Part shown: positions 30,127 through 39,513 of the stretch, one piece after another
How the letters are laid out: every line of letters begins with the position of its first letter
Numbering within the stretch: position 1 is the first letter of the stretch
Origin: a phage
DNA length: 64,000 nucleotides
Sequence record: PZ386973.1
Direction: 5' to 3' (one strand)
The notes under the pieces: model-generated
Seen by the model: only the letters and a program-made list of their open reading frames with translations
Told to the model about the DNA's origin: nothing
Databases searched by the model: none
Made by a program: the position numbers and the translations under genes

Positions 30127-30765
30127 ATGACTACTCGTATTTCTAAAACTCGCGCTCTGGCAACTATCAAATCTCTGGAAGCTAAAATCCGTAAAGCTAC
30201 TGAACAGCAGCTTCTGATCGCTGTTGGTGAAGGTAAGGATAAAAATAAGGTTGTAGTTGGCGCTGCAATCGAAGTAGACGATCTGTCTGCTCGTATTAAG
30301 GCAGATTTCCAATCTCTCCTGGATATGATGTCCCAGCGTGACCGTATCAAAGCTGCTCTGATTAAGAGCAATGCGGAAACAGTAGTTGAGATTGGTTCTC
30401 GTAAGATGACTGTTGCGGAAGCAATTGAAGCTAAACGTTCTATGGAGCTTAAAGCTCAGCTGCTGGCTAACATGCGTAAGCAGTTCCATGCCGCAACGGT
30501 TAAGTTTAATACCCAGAAAGCACAGTTTGATGCTAAATATGAGCGTTTGCAGGATAGCATGGCTACCCGCGATAAGAAAACTTCCGAAGATGAAGTTAAA
30601 ATGCAGCTCAACCTGCTGGAACTCAAGAATACCCCATTCTTGATTGATCCGCTGGAACTGGAGAAGCTGATTAAGCAGCATGACGAGGAATATCAGGACT
30701 TTGCAACAAATGTTGACTTTGTTCTGTCCGAGTCTAACGCCTCTACTTTCATTGAAGTAGAGTAA
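30127..30765 (+). CDS. hypothetical protein
   Basis: 212 aa, predicted coiled-coil-rich; ribosome-binding site AAGGAAG. Confidence 0.45.
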   Translation: MTTRISKTRALATIKSLEAKIRKATEQQLLIAVGEGKDKNKVVVGAAIEVDDLSARIKADFQSLLDMMSQRDRIKAALIKSNAETVVEIGSRKMTVAEAIEAKRSMELKAQLLANMRKQFHAATVKFNTQKAQFDAKYERLQDSMATRDKKTSEDEVKMQLNLLELKNTPFLIDPLELEKLIKQHDEEYQDFATNVDFVLSESNASTFIEVE

Positions 30766-31148
30766 TGATTTGAAAGCTAGTAAATCGGTAGACGAAAGCC
30801 CAAGCATCTTACCTCGCAGCAGCGGTTGAAATACGAGGTTAAATAAGACCGCTGACCATACTATAAAGTATAATCTATTGGAGATTATGTTTATTACACC
30901 AGCCTTTTAAGCTGACACGTAAGAACAAAGCGTCGTTGATATTACCGACACAACTTCAAAGATCAACATTTAAGTATGAAAGCTGAAAAGTTTAAAGAAC
31001 TCAAACTTCTAAACTTCTAAAGCTAAAAGATGCAAAGTATTCGTTGATGATTCAAACCCTAGATCAAAGGTACATGGCTCATAAGATATGGCCTGTGGCG
31101 CCTCTAGGCTGTTTATCGGTTTACTAGTTTCACAATTTAAAAATGTAT

Positions 31149-31177
31149 TTGCTAATTTATTAAGTTATCTGTATAAT
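31149..31177 (+). promoter_or_regulatory. sigma70-type promoter
   Basis: TTGCTA-17 nt-TATAAT. Confidence 0.5.
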
Positions 31178-31207
31178 ATATTTTTAAATTGATGAAACGA
31201 GGCTATT

Positions 31208-32029
31208 ATGGGTAAATTACAAAAACAAATACTACCATATATAGATTATATTCGAGAAATTATAGAGTATAATCCTTATACCGGTAAATTATTTTATAAG
31301 CCTAATAAATACAAGAATAAAACTTGGCACACCCTATATGCTGGGAGAGAAATATGTAGTAAGAACTCTGATGGGTACATCAGGGTTAGTTTGCTATTAG
31401 ATAATAAACCCACAATTATTTATGGACACCGAATAGCGTGGTTGCTCCATTATGGTGAAGAGCCGCCTTATATGATCGACCATATAAATACCATACCGTG
31501 GGATAACAGAATTATTAATCTAAGAGAGACAAATTTTAAGTTAAATAGGATTAATACTAGTAAAACCGTAGGTGTAGAACTCCTCCCCGAGGGTTTTGTG
31601 TATAGCATTACATTAGGTGGAAAGTTTTTCGTATCTCCTGGCTTCACCACTTTCGAACAAGCTAAAGTAGAAAGAGAAAAACTAGTAAATGGTTTATGTA
31701 ATGCAGAAATTGGGAAGCAGACCAATATTCTAATAGACGATGTTAGAGATTTACCTGAAATGTCCATTATTTGTCGTACAGTTATAGGTGCGCTGGAACT
31801 ATCAGATGTGTTTAGTTTTACAGGATCCTATTTATTTATGGACTCAGATTTAGGAGATCCAGAGGTACAAGGAAAAGATTTATTAGATCATATACTATCA
31901 TTAGGTCAAAGACCCCTAAAAGTGATTCTAGTAACATCTAATCCTGTTGACGCAGAGTACATGAGAGGTACTCTTACGTCTTATGGATACCGAGAAAATC
32001 CCAATAGATTAGAATATGATCTATTTTAA
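31208..32029 (+). CDS. HNH homing-endonuclease-like protein
   Basis: HNH motif GHRIAWLLHYGEEPPYMIDHINTIPWDNRIINL; 273 aa. Confidence 0.7.
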   Translation: MGKLQKQILPYIDYIREIIEYNPYTGKLFYKPNKYKNKTWHTLYAGREICSKNSDGYIRVSLLLDNKPTIIYGHRIAWLLHYGEEPPYMIDHINTIPWDNRIINLRETNFKLNRINTSKTVGVELLPEGFVYSITLGGKFFVSPGFTTFEQAKVEREKLVNGLCNAEIGKQTNILIDDVRDLPEMSIICRTVIGALELSDVFSFTGSYLFMDSDLGDPEVQGKDLLDHILSLGQRPLKVILVTSNPVDAEYMRGTLTSYGYRENPNRLEYDLF

Positions 32030-32041
32030 GGAGTAAAAAGA

Positions 32042-32491
32042 ATGAAGGCAGCTTTGCTTTTAGTAGCTGCCCTTACCTTTAGCTTTAGTAGTCAGGCATC
32101 GCACGATGCAAAAGAAATAGATTGCATTGCTAAAAATATCTATTTCGAAAGTCGTGGTGAGGGCATAAAGGGAATGACGGCGATTGCACACGTTACTAAA
32201 AACCGTGTAAACTCCGGTAAATTCCCAGATTCCTACTGTAAAGTAGTATATCAGTCTAACCAGTTCTCTTGGGTATCTAAGAGACCAAAAGTTGATAAAA
32301 CTGATGAGGCTTGGCAAACCGCCAAGAATTTAGCTAGAGTGATATACTACGTTGATTTACCACAAGATCCTACACATGGAGCTTTATACTTCCATAGTGG
32401 TAAAGATAAACCGTACTGGACAAAGAAGTTTAAGAAAACAACTAAGATTAAGGGACATACATTCTATAAACCTGTTGCCACTAAAACTTAA
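32042..32491 (+). CDS. SleB/CwlJ-like cell-wall hydrolase with signal peptide
   Basis: N-terminal signal peptide; motif NIYFESRGEGIKGMTAIAHVTKNRV typical of the SleB hydrolase domain. Confidence 0.7.
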   Translation: MKAALLLVAALTFSFSSQASHDAKEIDCIAKNIYFESRGEGIKGMTAIAHVTKNRVNSGKFPDSYCKVVYQSNQFSWVSKRPKVDKTDEAWQTAKNLARVIYYVDLPQDPTHGALYFHSGKDKPYWTKKFKKTTKIKGHTFYKPVATKT

Positions 32492-32499
32492 AAATTTAC

Positions 32500-32528
32500 T
32501 TGCTTAAATACTTAAATTTCCGTATAAT
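32500..32528 (+). promoter_or_regulatory. sigma70-type promoter
   Basis: TTGCTT-17 nt-TATAAT. Confidence 0.5.
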
Positions 32529-32559
32529 ACTTCCATAAATTAATGAGAGGAAGCGAAAT

Positions 32560-32730
32560 ATGAAATCAGTTGTAATTATTGGTGTTAACACTCGCGGTAT
32601 TCGTACTACGAAAACTGTTAAAACTTCTAACATTGCTGAAATCACTACGAACCCTAAAAAGTTTGATTTCGCCAAAGTCTCAGCAGTTATGACAGAACAA
32701 TCTTTTAACCAAGCATTGGGGATGAAATAA
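32560..32730 (+). CDS. hypothetical small protein
   Basis: 56-codon ORF not in the supplied track (below 60 aa); stop overlaps the next start (TAATG). Confidence 0.3.
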   Translation: MKSVVIIGVNTRGIRTTKTVKTSNIAEITTNPKKFDFAKVSAVMTEQSFNQALGMK

Positions 32731-33164
32731 TGGGTACGAACATGATTCGTGTACTACGAGAGTTGATTGAAGATGCTCGTAAACGTGGAGATACTGTATC
32801 GGTTAAGCACCTAAGTACGATTCTAGGTGACTTGCAACGTATTAACAAGGATTGCATAACTAAGCTGGAATTTACTAACTGGCTGAAATCCCAGTTCAAG
32901 GCAATTGAGAATACACAGACTGCTGCTGAAAAAGCAAATGTCGAATATATTCCTGATGATGAATATCTAGATCTTTTAGCAGGTTTAGAGTATGAATACG
33001 CTTTGCAACAGCTGACTGAAACCGAAATTCGTAAATACTTTGCAGAACTAGTTAAATTAAACCCAGGTATTACCAAAGCCCTACTAATGAAAACTATTAA
33101 GGCAGAGTTCCCAGGGCGTTATGATGGTAAAACAACTGCTTTGATTGCTAGTGAATTTTTCTAA
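32730..33164 (+). CDS. hypothetical protein
   Basis: 144-aa ORF. Confidence 0.45.
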   Translation: MGTNMIRVLRELIEDARKRGDTVSVKHLSTILGDLQRINKDCITKLEFTNWLKSQFKAIENTQTAAEKANVEYIPDDEYLDLLAGLEYEYALQQLTETEIRKYFAELVKLNPGITKALLMKTIKAEFPGRYDGKTTALIASEFF

Positions 33165-33172
33165 AAATTCAT

Positions 33173-33201
33173 TTGCTAAATGCTTATAAATTCTGTATAA
33201 T
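33173..33201 (+). promoter_or_regulatory. sigma70-type promoter reading into an ORF-free region
   Basis: TTGCTA-17 nt-TATAAT; no ORF of 60 aa or more for about 900 bp downstream. Confidence 0.5.
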
Positions 33202-34013
33202 ATATTCATAAATTAGAGAACAGCGAGCCGATTACGCTGAGTGCAGAATCCCAACCGGAGCGCATTGAATAGAGTCGGTGGGTTAGTTGTAAAACTAGTA
33301 CACAGGGGGCGGCAATCCCGGTTAGTGGCTAGAACGTGTAAAATGGGGCGTCTGAAACCTCTCCCTTAAACTCTTCTCTAATCTATAAATAGTGGGGTGT
33401 GGAAATCACTTATGTAGTAACACTGCCGTCCTAAGTTAATTGGTAGACTTCTGCACGCGGAGATTATATCTCCAGATGCGGAAAGTGCAGGTTCGAATCC
33501 TGCGGTCGGTAAGAACTGGATAACTGGTGCTTTTAACGTAAAAGCTTCCGAGGTTAGTTGCGCACTGCCTAAACCACGCGGTAGTTGGTTCCAGGCTAAC
33601 CAACCCGTCTGCTGAATAGTTTTATTACGATTTAGCTATGTCCAGGCTAAAGAAGAACTTTAGAAGGTATTCTAGGATAGTGAAGTTCTTTCTCCATATC
33701 GGAGTAGTTTTTCAGGCTATCCACAAAGTGGGAAATGCTGACATGAGAGATGTCACTAATGGTGCACAATAGCACAGGTAATTCGCGATAACTCCTGTTG
33801 AGTAGCAGCAAAAGGCGGGAAGTCATGACCCCAAGCCTAACCGAGTCCTCAATATACCGCAGGACATAACCACTAAGTCACCCTGACTTAAACTGGAAAA
33901 TAATAGACGTTACTGTATTTTGTCTTGAAATACTTAATGAGTGAGACTTATGACTCTCCCGGTATCGTCTGTATTTTTAAGAATTTTTACGAGAGTTCTT
34001 AAAAATACTTAAA

Positions 34014-34088
34014 CGGGGTGTAGTCTAAGGGAGAGGCAGGAGTCTTCTAAATTCCTTTATGCAGGTTCGAATCCTGTCACCTCGGCCA
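34014..34088 (+). tRNA. tRNA-Arg (anticodon TCT), read by eye
   Basis: Acceptor CGGGGTG/CACCTCG, T-arm GCAGG-TTCGAAT-CCTGT, anticodon loop CTTCTAA, encoded CCA. Confidence 0.55.
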
Positions 34089-34122
34089 ATTTTATTAACT
34101 GTAACTAAAACAAAGGAAATAT

Positions 34123-35070
34123 ATGTTTGCTACTAAAAATATGAAAGAACTGACTTCTGAGCAGAAAGTAATTCGTACTATTAAACGTTGGGGTATTGGT
34201 GCTGTAGTTGGTTTAGCAGGTTTAATCCTAGCTTTTAATTCATATACTATTGTTTCTGATGGTACGGTTAAAACCCAAACATTCCTGGGTAAAGTAGACC
34301 CTAATCCAGTATTGCCAGGTTTCCATCTTGTAAACCCGTTTGCATCTTTCGATACTTTTAGTACAAAAGATATTGCTGTAAAATTAGATAAACTTCAGGT
34401 TCCTAGTCAGGATAAGTTTAAATCCACTGTTGACCTGACTGTTATGTTGCAGTTTGATGGTTCTAAGGCACCTATTAACCGTATTAATGCGGGTACTCAG
34501 GATCAGGCACTAGACAAGTATGTAACTGAAAAATTACTATCTACTATTCGTGAGTTTGGTAAGTCTGTACCTAAAGCACAAGATTTGTTTGATGCTAAAA
34601 TTCAGGCTCAATTGCAAACTGCAATTCAACAGGAAGTTGAAGAGTATGCACGCCCATATGGTTACACAGTTAAGCAGGTGTTCCTTCAGGATATTACTTT
34701 GCCACCGGTAATCATGGAACAGGTACAGAATACCAAAGTTCGTGAAGAGCAAGTTAATGCTGCGAAAGCTGAACTGGCTCGTGTTGAACAGGAAGCACAG
34801 CAAAAAGTTAAACAAGCAGAAGCAGATCGTGAAGCTCGCAACAACCAAGCTATTGCTAATGAACGTGACGCAGATGCTAAACTGTACGCAGCTAAGAAAG
34901 AAGCTGAAGCTAACGCCGCATTGCAACGTACCATTACTCCTGAGATGATTCGCTGGAAGCAACTGGAAGTTGAAATGATTCGTGCTCAGAAATACCAAGG
35001 TGGTGTACCACAGACGGTAGTTGGTACTGGTTATGATGGCCAGATGATTATGGATATGCGTAACAAGTAA
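34123..35070 (+). CDS. SPFH/band-7 (prohibitin-like) membrane protein
   Basis: N-terminal transmembrane helix, band-7-like core, C-terminal coiled coil; 315 aa. Confidence 0.6.
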   Translation: MFATKNMKELTSEQKVIRTIKRWGIGAVVGLAGLILAFNSYTIVSDGTVKTQTFLGKVDPNPVLPGFHLVNPFASFDTFSTKDIAVKLDKLQVPSQDKFKSTVDLTVMLQFDGSKAPINRINAGTQDQALDKYVTEKLLSTIREFGKSVPKAQDLFDAKIQAQLQTAIQQEVEEYARPYGYTVKQVFLQDITLPPVIMEQVQNTKVREEQVNAAKAELARVEQEAQQKVKQAEADREARNNQAIANERDADAKLYAAKKEAEANAALQRTITPEMIRWKQLEVEMIRAQKYQGGVPQTVVGTGYDGQMIMDMRNK

Positions 35071-35139
35071 TAGTTACACGTAATCTTCGAACCAAGCCTG
35101 CGTTTCCCTCGAGAGCGCGGGCTTTTCTGTATTTAAGGC

Positions 35140-35186
35140 AAAAGAAAAAGCCCCTTACCTTTCGGCAGGGGCTTTTGTTTTTGGTT
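35140..35186. terminator. bidirectional rho-independent terminator
   Basis: Hairpin AGCCCCT...AGGGGCT flanked by an A-run and a T-run, between convergent genes. Confidence 0.7.
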
Positions 35187-35389
35187 TAGAACCACACTCT
35201 CGGTATACAGCAACCACCCATACGGGAGGCCAATCTTGACTGAAAATCTACTCTAGGGGGCAGGATAAGAGTAGGCTTAAAGGCAAACGGATTGAACGCC
35301 GGTATTTGCGTAAACATTGCTGGAGAGCAACAACGTGCTACAGGCATTGGGCAGCACGAAACAGATTTTCTGCAACACATAATTCCTCC

Positions 35390-35806
35390 TTAGGAGTTAT
35401 TACCGCTATTTTGAGCTTTTGCAATTTGGCTTTGGCAGAAGCTATTAAACTTACCCATAAGTGATACAAGCTGCCTCCCATCCTCTGTCTTTGCGAAGTC
35501 TTCGAAAAGGGCTAGTACTGCCTGTCCTTCCGCAGAAACCTGCGGTTGTTGGGTTTGCTGCTGAACTTGCTGCTGAGGCACCTGTTGCTGCATTTGTTGA
35601 GGCATTTGCGACTGCCCGCTCATTTGCTGCATCATTTGCATAGGACTTACACTTCCAGGGTTTTGCTGGAGTTGTTGCTGCATCTGTTGCGCTTCTGCTA
35701 AACGCTGTTGCAATTGTTGTAAGTAGGGGTTATCCAGACCCGGAATGGGCTGCTGGGAGCCCATACTTTGATTAAGTCCGTTATTTACAAAACCATATTT
35801 ACTCAT
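35390..35806 (-). CDS. hypothetical Gln-rich low-complexity protein
   Basis: 138 aa with long Q/M/P-rich tracts. Confidence 0.4.
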   Translation of the reverse strand: MSKYGFVNNGLNQSMGSQQPIPGLDNPYLQQLQQRLAEAQQMQQQLQQNPGSVSPMQMMQQMSGQSQMPQQMQQQVPQQQVQQQTQQPQVSAEGQAVLALFEDFAKTEDGRQLVSLMGKFNSFCQSQIAKAQNSGNNS

Positions 35807-35827
35807 AATGGGCTCCTCCCCTTAATA

Positions 35828-36814
35828 TTAAGCCGGCAGTTTAGCCTGCAGACCAGCCAGAGTCTGAGTGATCGCACCAAGACTTACAGCGATTTGATTA
35901 ATTACCTGACCATTAGCACCGTTACCCGCAGCGATTGCCTCACGTAGGCGACATGCATCTAACTCATCCTGAATACGCGCAGTAGTTACACCAGCGATCG
36001 CAGTCTGAAGTTCACAGCAACATTCAGAGATCTGACGTTCCAGAGAATTCTGGTTAGCACACATCTGAGCCTGAACAGCGGCAAACTGGTTATTAGTTTG
36101 TAAAGTCTGCTGGAAAGCGATCTGTGCAGAATCAAACTTATCTTGTGCACGAGCTATCTGGTTAGCTGCGAAAGATTGATCAATCTGGCGAGAAAGATCG
36201 AACTGACCCTGAATAACGTTGCGAGTTTCCTGGCAGATCTGATTAGACAGATTAGCACCTGTACCATAGATCGTAGTTAGTACAGACTGAGTATCACGGC
36301 TCTGGTTTTGGGATGTCTGGCTAAAACCATTGTTAACTGCGCTTAAAACAGCTCCAGTACCCTGGTTAGCTTCTGTACGAGTAGTGTTAATAGCTGCTAG
36401 AATACTAGCGGTATCTTGGTTCTGAAGTACTGCATCAACTGCGGTACCATCACCAACTACACCACGTCCACCGAATCCACCGAAACCACCGAATCCGCCT
36501 GTTAATAGAGCACCGATTAGGATAGCTCCGAATAGTCCCATACCTTCACCACCGAAAGCACCTGCGTTTGCTGGGTAACCACCCAGTAGGCCAGGGAGGC
36601 CACTAGTAAATACGTTTACTGGTTCTTGCATTTTATGTTTTCCATATTTATGACAATGTTCATCATCGTCATCTTCTTCATCATCGTGTTCACGATGCTT
36701 TTCTTCGTAGGCTCTGACCTTCTCCCACTTTTTCTTATCTGATTCCTCGTGACGGTGCAGTTCTGCTGCAACGCTAGCGACGGTCTCAGGACTCTTAGCT
36801 ACTTCTTCTGTCAT
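35828..36814 (-). CDS. hypothetical Gly-rich protein
   Basis: Start moved to the ATG with an AGGAGG ribosome-binding site (MTEEVAKS); acidic His-rich N-terminus, GGFGGFGGFGG tract, Q/N-rich C-terminal half. Confidence 0.45.
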   Translation of the reverse strand: MTEEVAKSPETVASVAAELHRHEESDKKKWEKVRAYEEKHREHDDEEDDDDEHCHKYGKHKMQEPVNVFTSGLPGLLGGYPANAGAFGGEGMGLFGAILIGALLTGGFGGFGGFGGRGVVGDGTAVDAVLQNQDTASILAAINTTRTEANQGTGAVLSAVNNGFSQTSQNQSRDTQSVLTTIYGTGANLSNQICQETRNVIQGQFDLSRQIDQSFAANQIARAQDKFDSAQIAFQQTLQTNNQFAAVQAQMCANQNSLERQISECCCELQTAIAGVTTARIQDELDACRLREAIAAGNGANGQVINQIAVSLGAITQTLAGLQAKLPA

Positions 36815-37021
36815 TTTTTGACACCTCCTAGTATATAGAAAATGTGTGTCTCTTTGATCACTCATCCATAACATATACTTTACACTACCCCAGCGAAAAT
36901 GTCAAGGGGTCTTTAAAAATTGCCCCCGGATTTTTAGTGGGGTCACAAATTTTGGTCCTCACCACTTATATGCTACCCTTAAGTGCCCTATGATTTTCCT
37001 CTAAAAAGTTAAAAAATTTGA

Positions 37022-37050
37022 TTGCTTGAATGCTAAATTCTCTGTATAAT
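37022..37050 (+). promoter_or_regulatory. sigma70-type promoter
   Basis: TTGCTT-17 nt-TATAAT. Confidence 0.5.
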
Positions 37051-37080
37051 GTATCTATAAATTTGAGAGAGGAACCAAAT

Positions 37081-37599
37081 ATGAATGTTGACGAGCTAAC
37101 ACAGCACCTCTTATCTAGAGGATTTGATACAGATAAATATCATTGCTGGTTAAGTCCGGAAGGATGGCTAACAGTCCCGTTGTATGATTTCTCTGGGATG
37201 TTGAGGGGCTATCAGACGTATAATCCTTCTGCTCCAAAAGGTCATGGTAAGTGCCCCTTTGAGGCTAAATATTTTACCTGCTCTACTACACAGTGTGTAT
37301 GGGGGCTAGAAACTCTCAATGGAGATGAAAAAGTAGTATTGATCGCTGAATCTGTATTTAAGGCAGTTGCGTTACACAACGCTGGTTATCCAGCCCTGGC
37401 AATGTTGGGTTCTTCTCCAGGAAAAGCGTTATTAAAGCAACTGAAATTATTACCTTTTAAATTGGTAGCTGTCGGAGATAATGATCCTGCGGGTGAAAAA
37501 TTTGCTAGAAAATTAAACGGCTTTGTTTCTCCCGTAGATGTGGATGAGATGTCTACCGAAAACTTGAAAAATTTTCTTGCTATGAAGCTAAATTTCTAA
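37081..37599 (+). CDS. Toprim-domain protein
   Basis: Toprim E (LIAES) and DxD (GDNDPAGE); start at the ATG behind a GAGAGAGG ribosome-binding site. Confidence 0.5.
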   Translation: MNVDELTQHLLSRGFDTDKYHCWLSPEGWLTVPLYDFSGMLRGYQTYNPSAPKGHGKCPFEAKYFTCSTTQCVWGLETLNGDEKVVLIAESVFKAVALHNAGYPALAMLGSSPGKALLKQLKLLPFKLVAVGDNDPAGEKFARKLNGFVSPVDVDEMSTENLKNFLAMKLNF

Positions 37600-37620
37600 T
37601 ATAATATATCTTATAAATTC

Positions 37621-37714
37621 GGAAGATTAACCCTAAAGGTAAGGGAGCTGTTTGCTAAACAGCCAGTAACTGTGGAAACATGGTGTGCCAGTTCGAGTCT
37701 GGCATCTTCCTCCA
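37621..37714 (+). tRNA. tRNA-Ser (anticodon GCT), long variable arm
   Basis: Perfect acceptor GGAAGAT/ATCTTCC, T-arm TGCCA-GTTCGAGTC-TGGCA, anticodon loop TTGCTAA, encoded CCA. Confidence 0.65.
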
Positions 37715-37720
37715 GATTTT

Positions 37721-37798
37721 GGTTCTCAAGCTCATATGGTATGAGCACCCGGCTCATAACCGGAAGGTACGTAGGTTCGAATCCTCGGGGAGCCACCA
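37721..37798 (+). tRNA. tRNA with CAT anticodon (Met or Ile), read by eye
   Basis: Acceptor GGTTCTC/GGGAGCC, D-arm GCTC...GAGC, anticodon loop CTCATAA; T-stem weak. Confidence 0.45.
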
Positions 37799-37818
37799 AC
37801 TTAATTAGGGGATTACAA

Positions 37819-38007
37819 GTGGAATTATACATAGTTTATGTTGTGTTTATTCAAGATAGAGAATACCCGGATGAATATAAAAAAGGATATAGGTTAGCCA
37901 GAGCTACCTCTGAGGCCCAAGCTATGGATAAAGTGGCAGATTATATGATTATGGTAGAAAACGTATACTATATCGACTCCCTTGAAGCCTCAAAAGTAAT
38001 TGACTAA
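37819..38007 (+). CDS. hypothetical small protein
   Basis: GTG start after an AGGGGA ribosome-binding site; the track ORF 37672-38007 overlaps two tRNAs. Confidence 0.35.
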   Translation: MELYIVYVVFIQDREYPDEYKKGYRLARATSEAQAMDKVADYMIMVENVYYIDSLEASKVID

Positions 38008-38016
38008 GGAGACTAT

Positions 38017-38202
38017 ATGTCTAAGTTTCAAGAACTCAAGCAAGAGCTAGAAGAATGTGCCTGCCCTGAATGTAGGGGGATTGGTGAAAGTTCTGATGCA
38101 GAAGCAGGAGATACTTTTTGCAATATCTGGATTTGTTCAAATTGCAACGGTACAGGTATTAATCCTAACTGCGGTATTTCCCTAGATATTGAACGAGGAT
38201 AA
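38017..38202 (+). CDS. small zinc-ribbon-like protein
   Basis: 61 aa with CxxC pairs (CACPEC...CSNCNG). Confidence 0.4.
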   Translation: MSKFQELKQELEECACPECRGIGESSDAEAGDTFCNIWICSNCNGTGINPNCGISLDIERG

Positions 38203-38304
38203 TACCTGTGAAACTAAAAGATTATTATATTGGTTGGTTTGTGGGACTAGTAGTAGGATTTTCACTAGGCTATAATATGTATCAACTAATAAACTGATTA
38301 CATG

Positions 38305-38381
38305 GGGGGTGTAATCGAATTGGCATAGGTACTGGACTTAAAATTCAGGTTTTGTGGGTTCGAATCCCACCACCCCTACCA
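38305..38381 (+). tRNA. tRNA, anticodon read as TAA, short variable arm
   Basis: Acceptor GGGGGTG/CACCCCT, T-arm GTGGG-TTCGAAT-CCCAC, anticodon stem CTGGA/TTCAG, encoded CCA; identity needs software. Confidence 0.5.
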
Positions 38382-38556
38382 AATTAAGGAATTAAGATGT
38401 ATAGACCTCCTCCGCCACCAACACGTCGTTCTAGGGAAGTCATCCTTATGGAATTGACGAAAAACTTCAAGGCGACTCTTGAGGATAGAGACTTAGGCAC
38501 AGATGAAGACGTTGATTTCATTTGTAAACTATTAAAAATGAAACTGGAGAAACAAC

Positions 38557-38763
38557 ATGGCTAATCCTGAAATTACCATGCAACGACTCATGACTAAAGG
38601 CATGATAGCCGAGGCAGGTATTGAACAAGAAGTAAAAGGCTATTACGAACAGATTAAGACTATTATAGACTCTGCTAAAAACACCGGAGAAAAAGAACAC
38701 GGTGCAGCAATTATGGCTATAACTCTTATTAGTCTAGACTTGGCCGAAGAATCTGGAGTTTAG
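38557..38763 (+). CDS. hypothetical small protein
   Basis: 68-aa ORF with a GGAGA ribosome-binding site. Confidence 0.35.
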   Translation: MANPEITMQRLMTKGMIAEAGIEQEVKGYYEQIKTIIDSAKNTGEKEHGAAIMAITLISLDLAEESGV

Positions 38764-38793
38764 CTCCTCCAAACAGAATTTTTAAAAATGTAC

Positions 38794-38823
38794 TTGCTTT
38801 TTGTCTTAAATTTCTGATATAAT
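38794..38823 (+). promoter_or_regulatory. sigma70-type promoter
   Basis: TTGCTT-18 nt-TATAAT. Confidence 0.45.
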
Positions 38824-38853
38824 AGTCATATAAATTGATGAAGGAGTTAACTA

Positions 38854-39129
38854 ATGCAAAATCGTGTTGTAGCAACTGGTATTGAAAGTGCAATCTGTAA
38901 ATCCTGGGAAGGCTGGGAAGGTGAGATTGAATGGCTTTATTTCTACGATGTAGAACTCCTGCCGGAAGTTAAAGCTAAATGCGTTGAAGCTGGTATGGCT
39001 CCAGATGCAAAAGCTGATATTGATATTTCAATGTCTGAACTTAAAGGTCGTGTAGTTACCGTTAGTAATGAGGGGGAAGAAGTTTTTGAACTTCCGTTCT
39101 CCTTAGCTGTCACTCCTAAGTTCGACTAA
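38854..39129 (+). CDS. hypothetical protein
   Basis: 91-aa ORF with an AAGGAG ribosome-binding site. Confidence 0.45.
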   Translation: MQNRVVATGIESAICKSWEGWEGEIEWLYFYDVELLPEVKAKCVEAGMAPDAKADIDISMSELKGRVVTVSNEGEEVFELPFSLAVTPKFD

Positions 39130-39136
39130 CTAATAC

Positions 39137-39177
39137 AGCACTGAGCAAGTTCTTCAAAATCTGACTTGCTCAGTGCC
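39137..39177 (+). terminator. stable hairpin, terminator or processing-site candidate
   Basis: 13-14-bp perfect stem AGCACTGAGCAAGT...ACTTGCTCAGTGC; no clear T-run. Confidence 0.4.
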
Positions 39178-39257
39178 CTAAAACTTGATATAATAGTTAT
39201 CTAATTTGGAAACATATTTAAAAGTGTTTAAACAAGTATTTGAATGCTTCTAAATAT

Positions 39258-39345
39258 GGGCGTTTATTCCGTAAGTGGTAGCGGAGGGGATTGTAAATCC
39301 CTGGTCATTGCGACTCGAGTGGTTCGACTCCATTAACGCCCACCA
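39258..39345 (+). tRNA. tRNA-Tyr (anticodon GTA), long variable arm
   Basis: Acceptor GGGCGTT/AACGCCC, anticodon stem-loop GGGGA-TTGTAAA-TCCCT, encoded CCA. Confidence 0.65.
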
Positions 39346-39353
39346 AATTTAAT

Positions 39354-39428
39354 GCACCTATCGTCTAATGGCTAGGACATCAGGATTTCAATCTGAGAAT
39401 CGGAGTTCAATTCTCCGTGGGTGTACCA
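39354..39428 (+). tRNA. tRNA-Glu (anticodon TTC)
   Basis: Acceptor GCACCTA/TGGGTGT, anticodon stem-loop TCAGG-ATTTCAA-TCTGA, T-arm CGGAG-TTCAATT-CTCCG. Confidence 0.55.
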
Positions 39429-39435
39429 ATTTCTG

Positions 39436-39513
39436 CATTCCTAGAGTGTTACTGGACAGCATGTCGGTCTCCAAAACCGTACGGTCTAGGTTCGAGTCCT
39501 AGTGGGTTTGCCA
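39436..39513 (+). tRNA. tRNA-like element with Trp-type anticodon arm (CCA); acceptor stem not resolved
   Basis: Anticodon arm TCGGT-CTCCAAA-ACCGT and T-arm CTAGG-TTCGAGT-CCTAG present; 5' acceptor pairing not found by eye. Confidence 0.35.

Noticed and set aside
30094-30807. 237-aa minus-strand track ORF opposite the 30127-30765 plus-strand gene
   Set aside because: The translation is low-complexity (Leu/Phe/Ser-rich), it is antisense to a gene with a promoter and ribosome-binding site, and the whole block is transcribed rightward.
37672-38007. Track ORF of 111 aa starting at 37672
   Set aside because: Its 5' half overlaps two well-formed tRNA genes (37621-37714 and 37721-37798); only the 3' part from the GTG at 37819 is kept as a possible small ORF.
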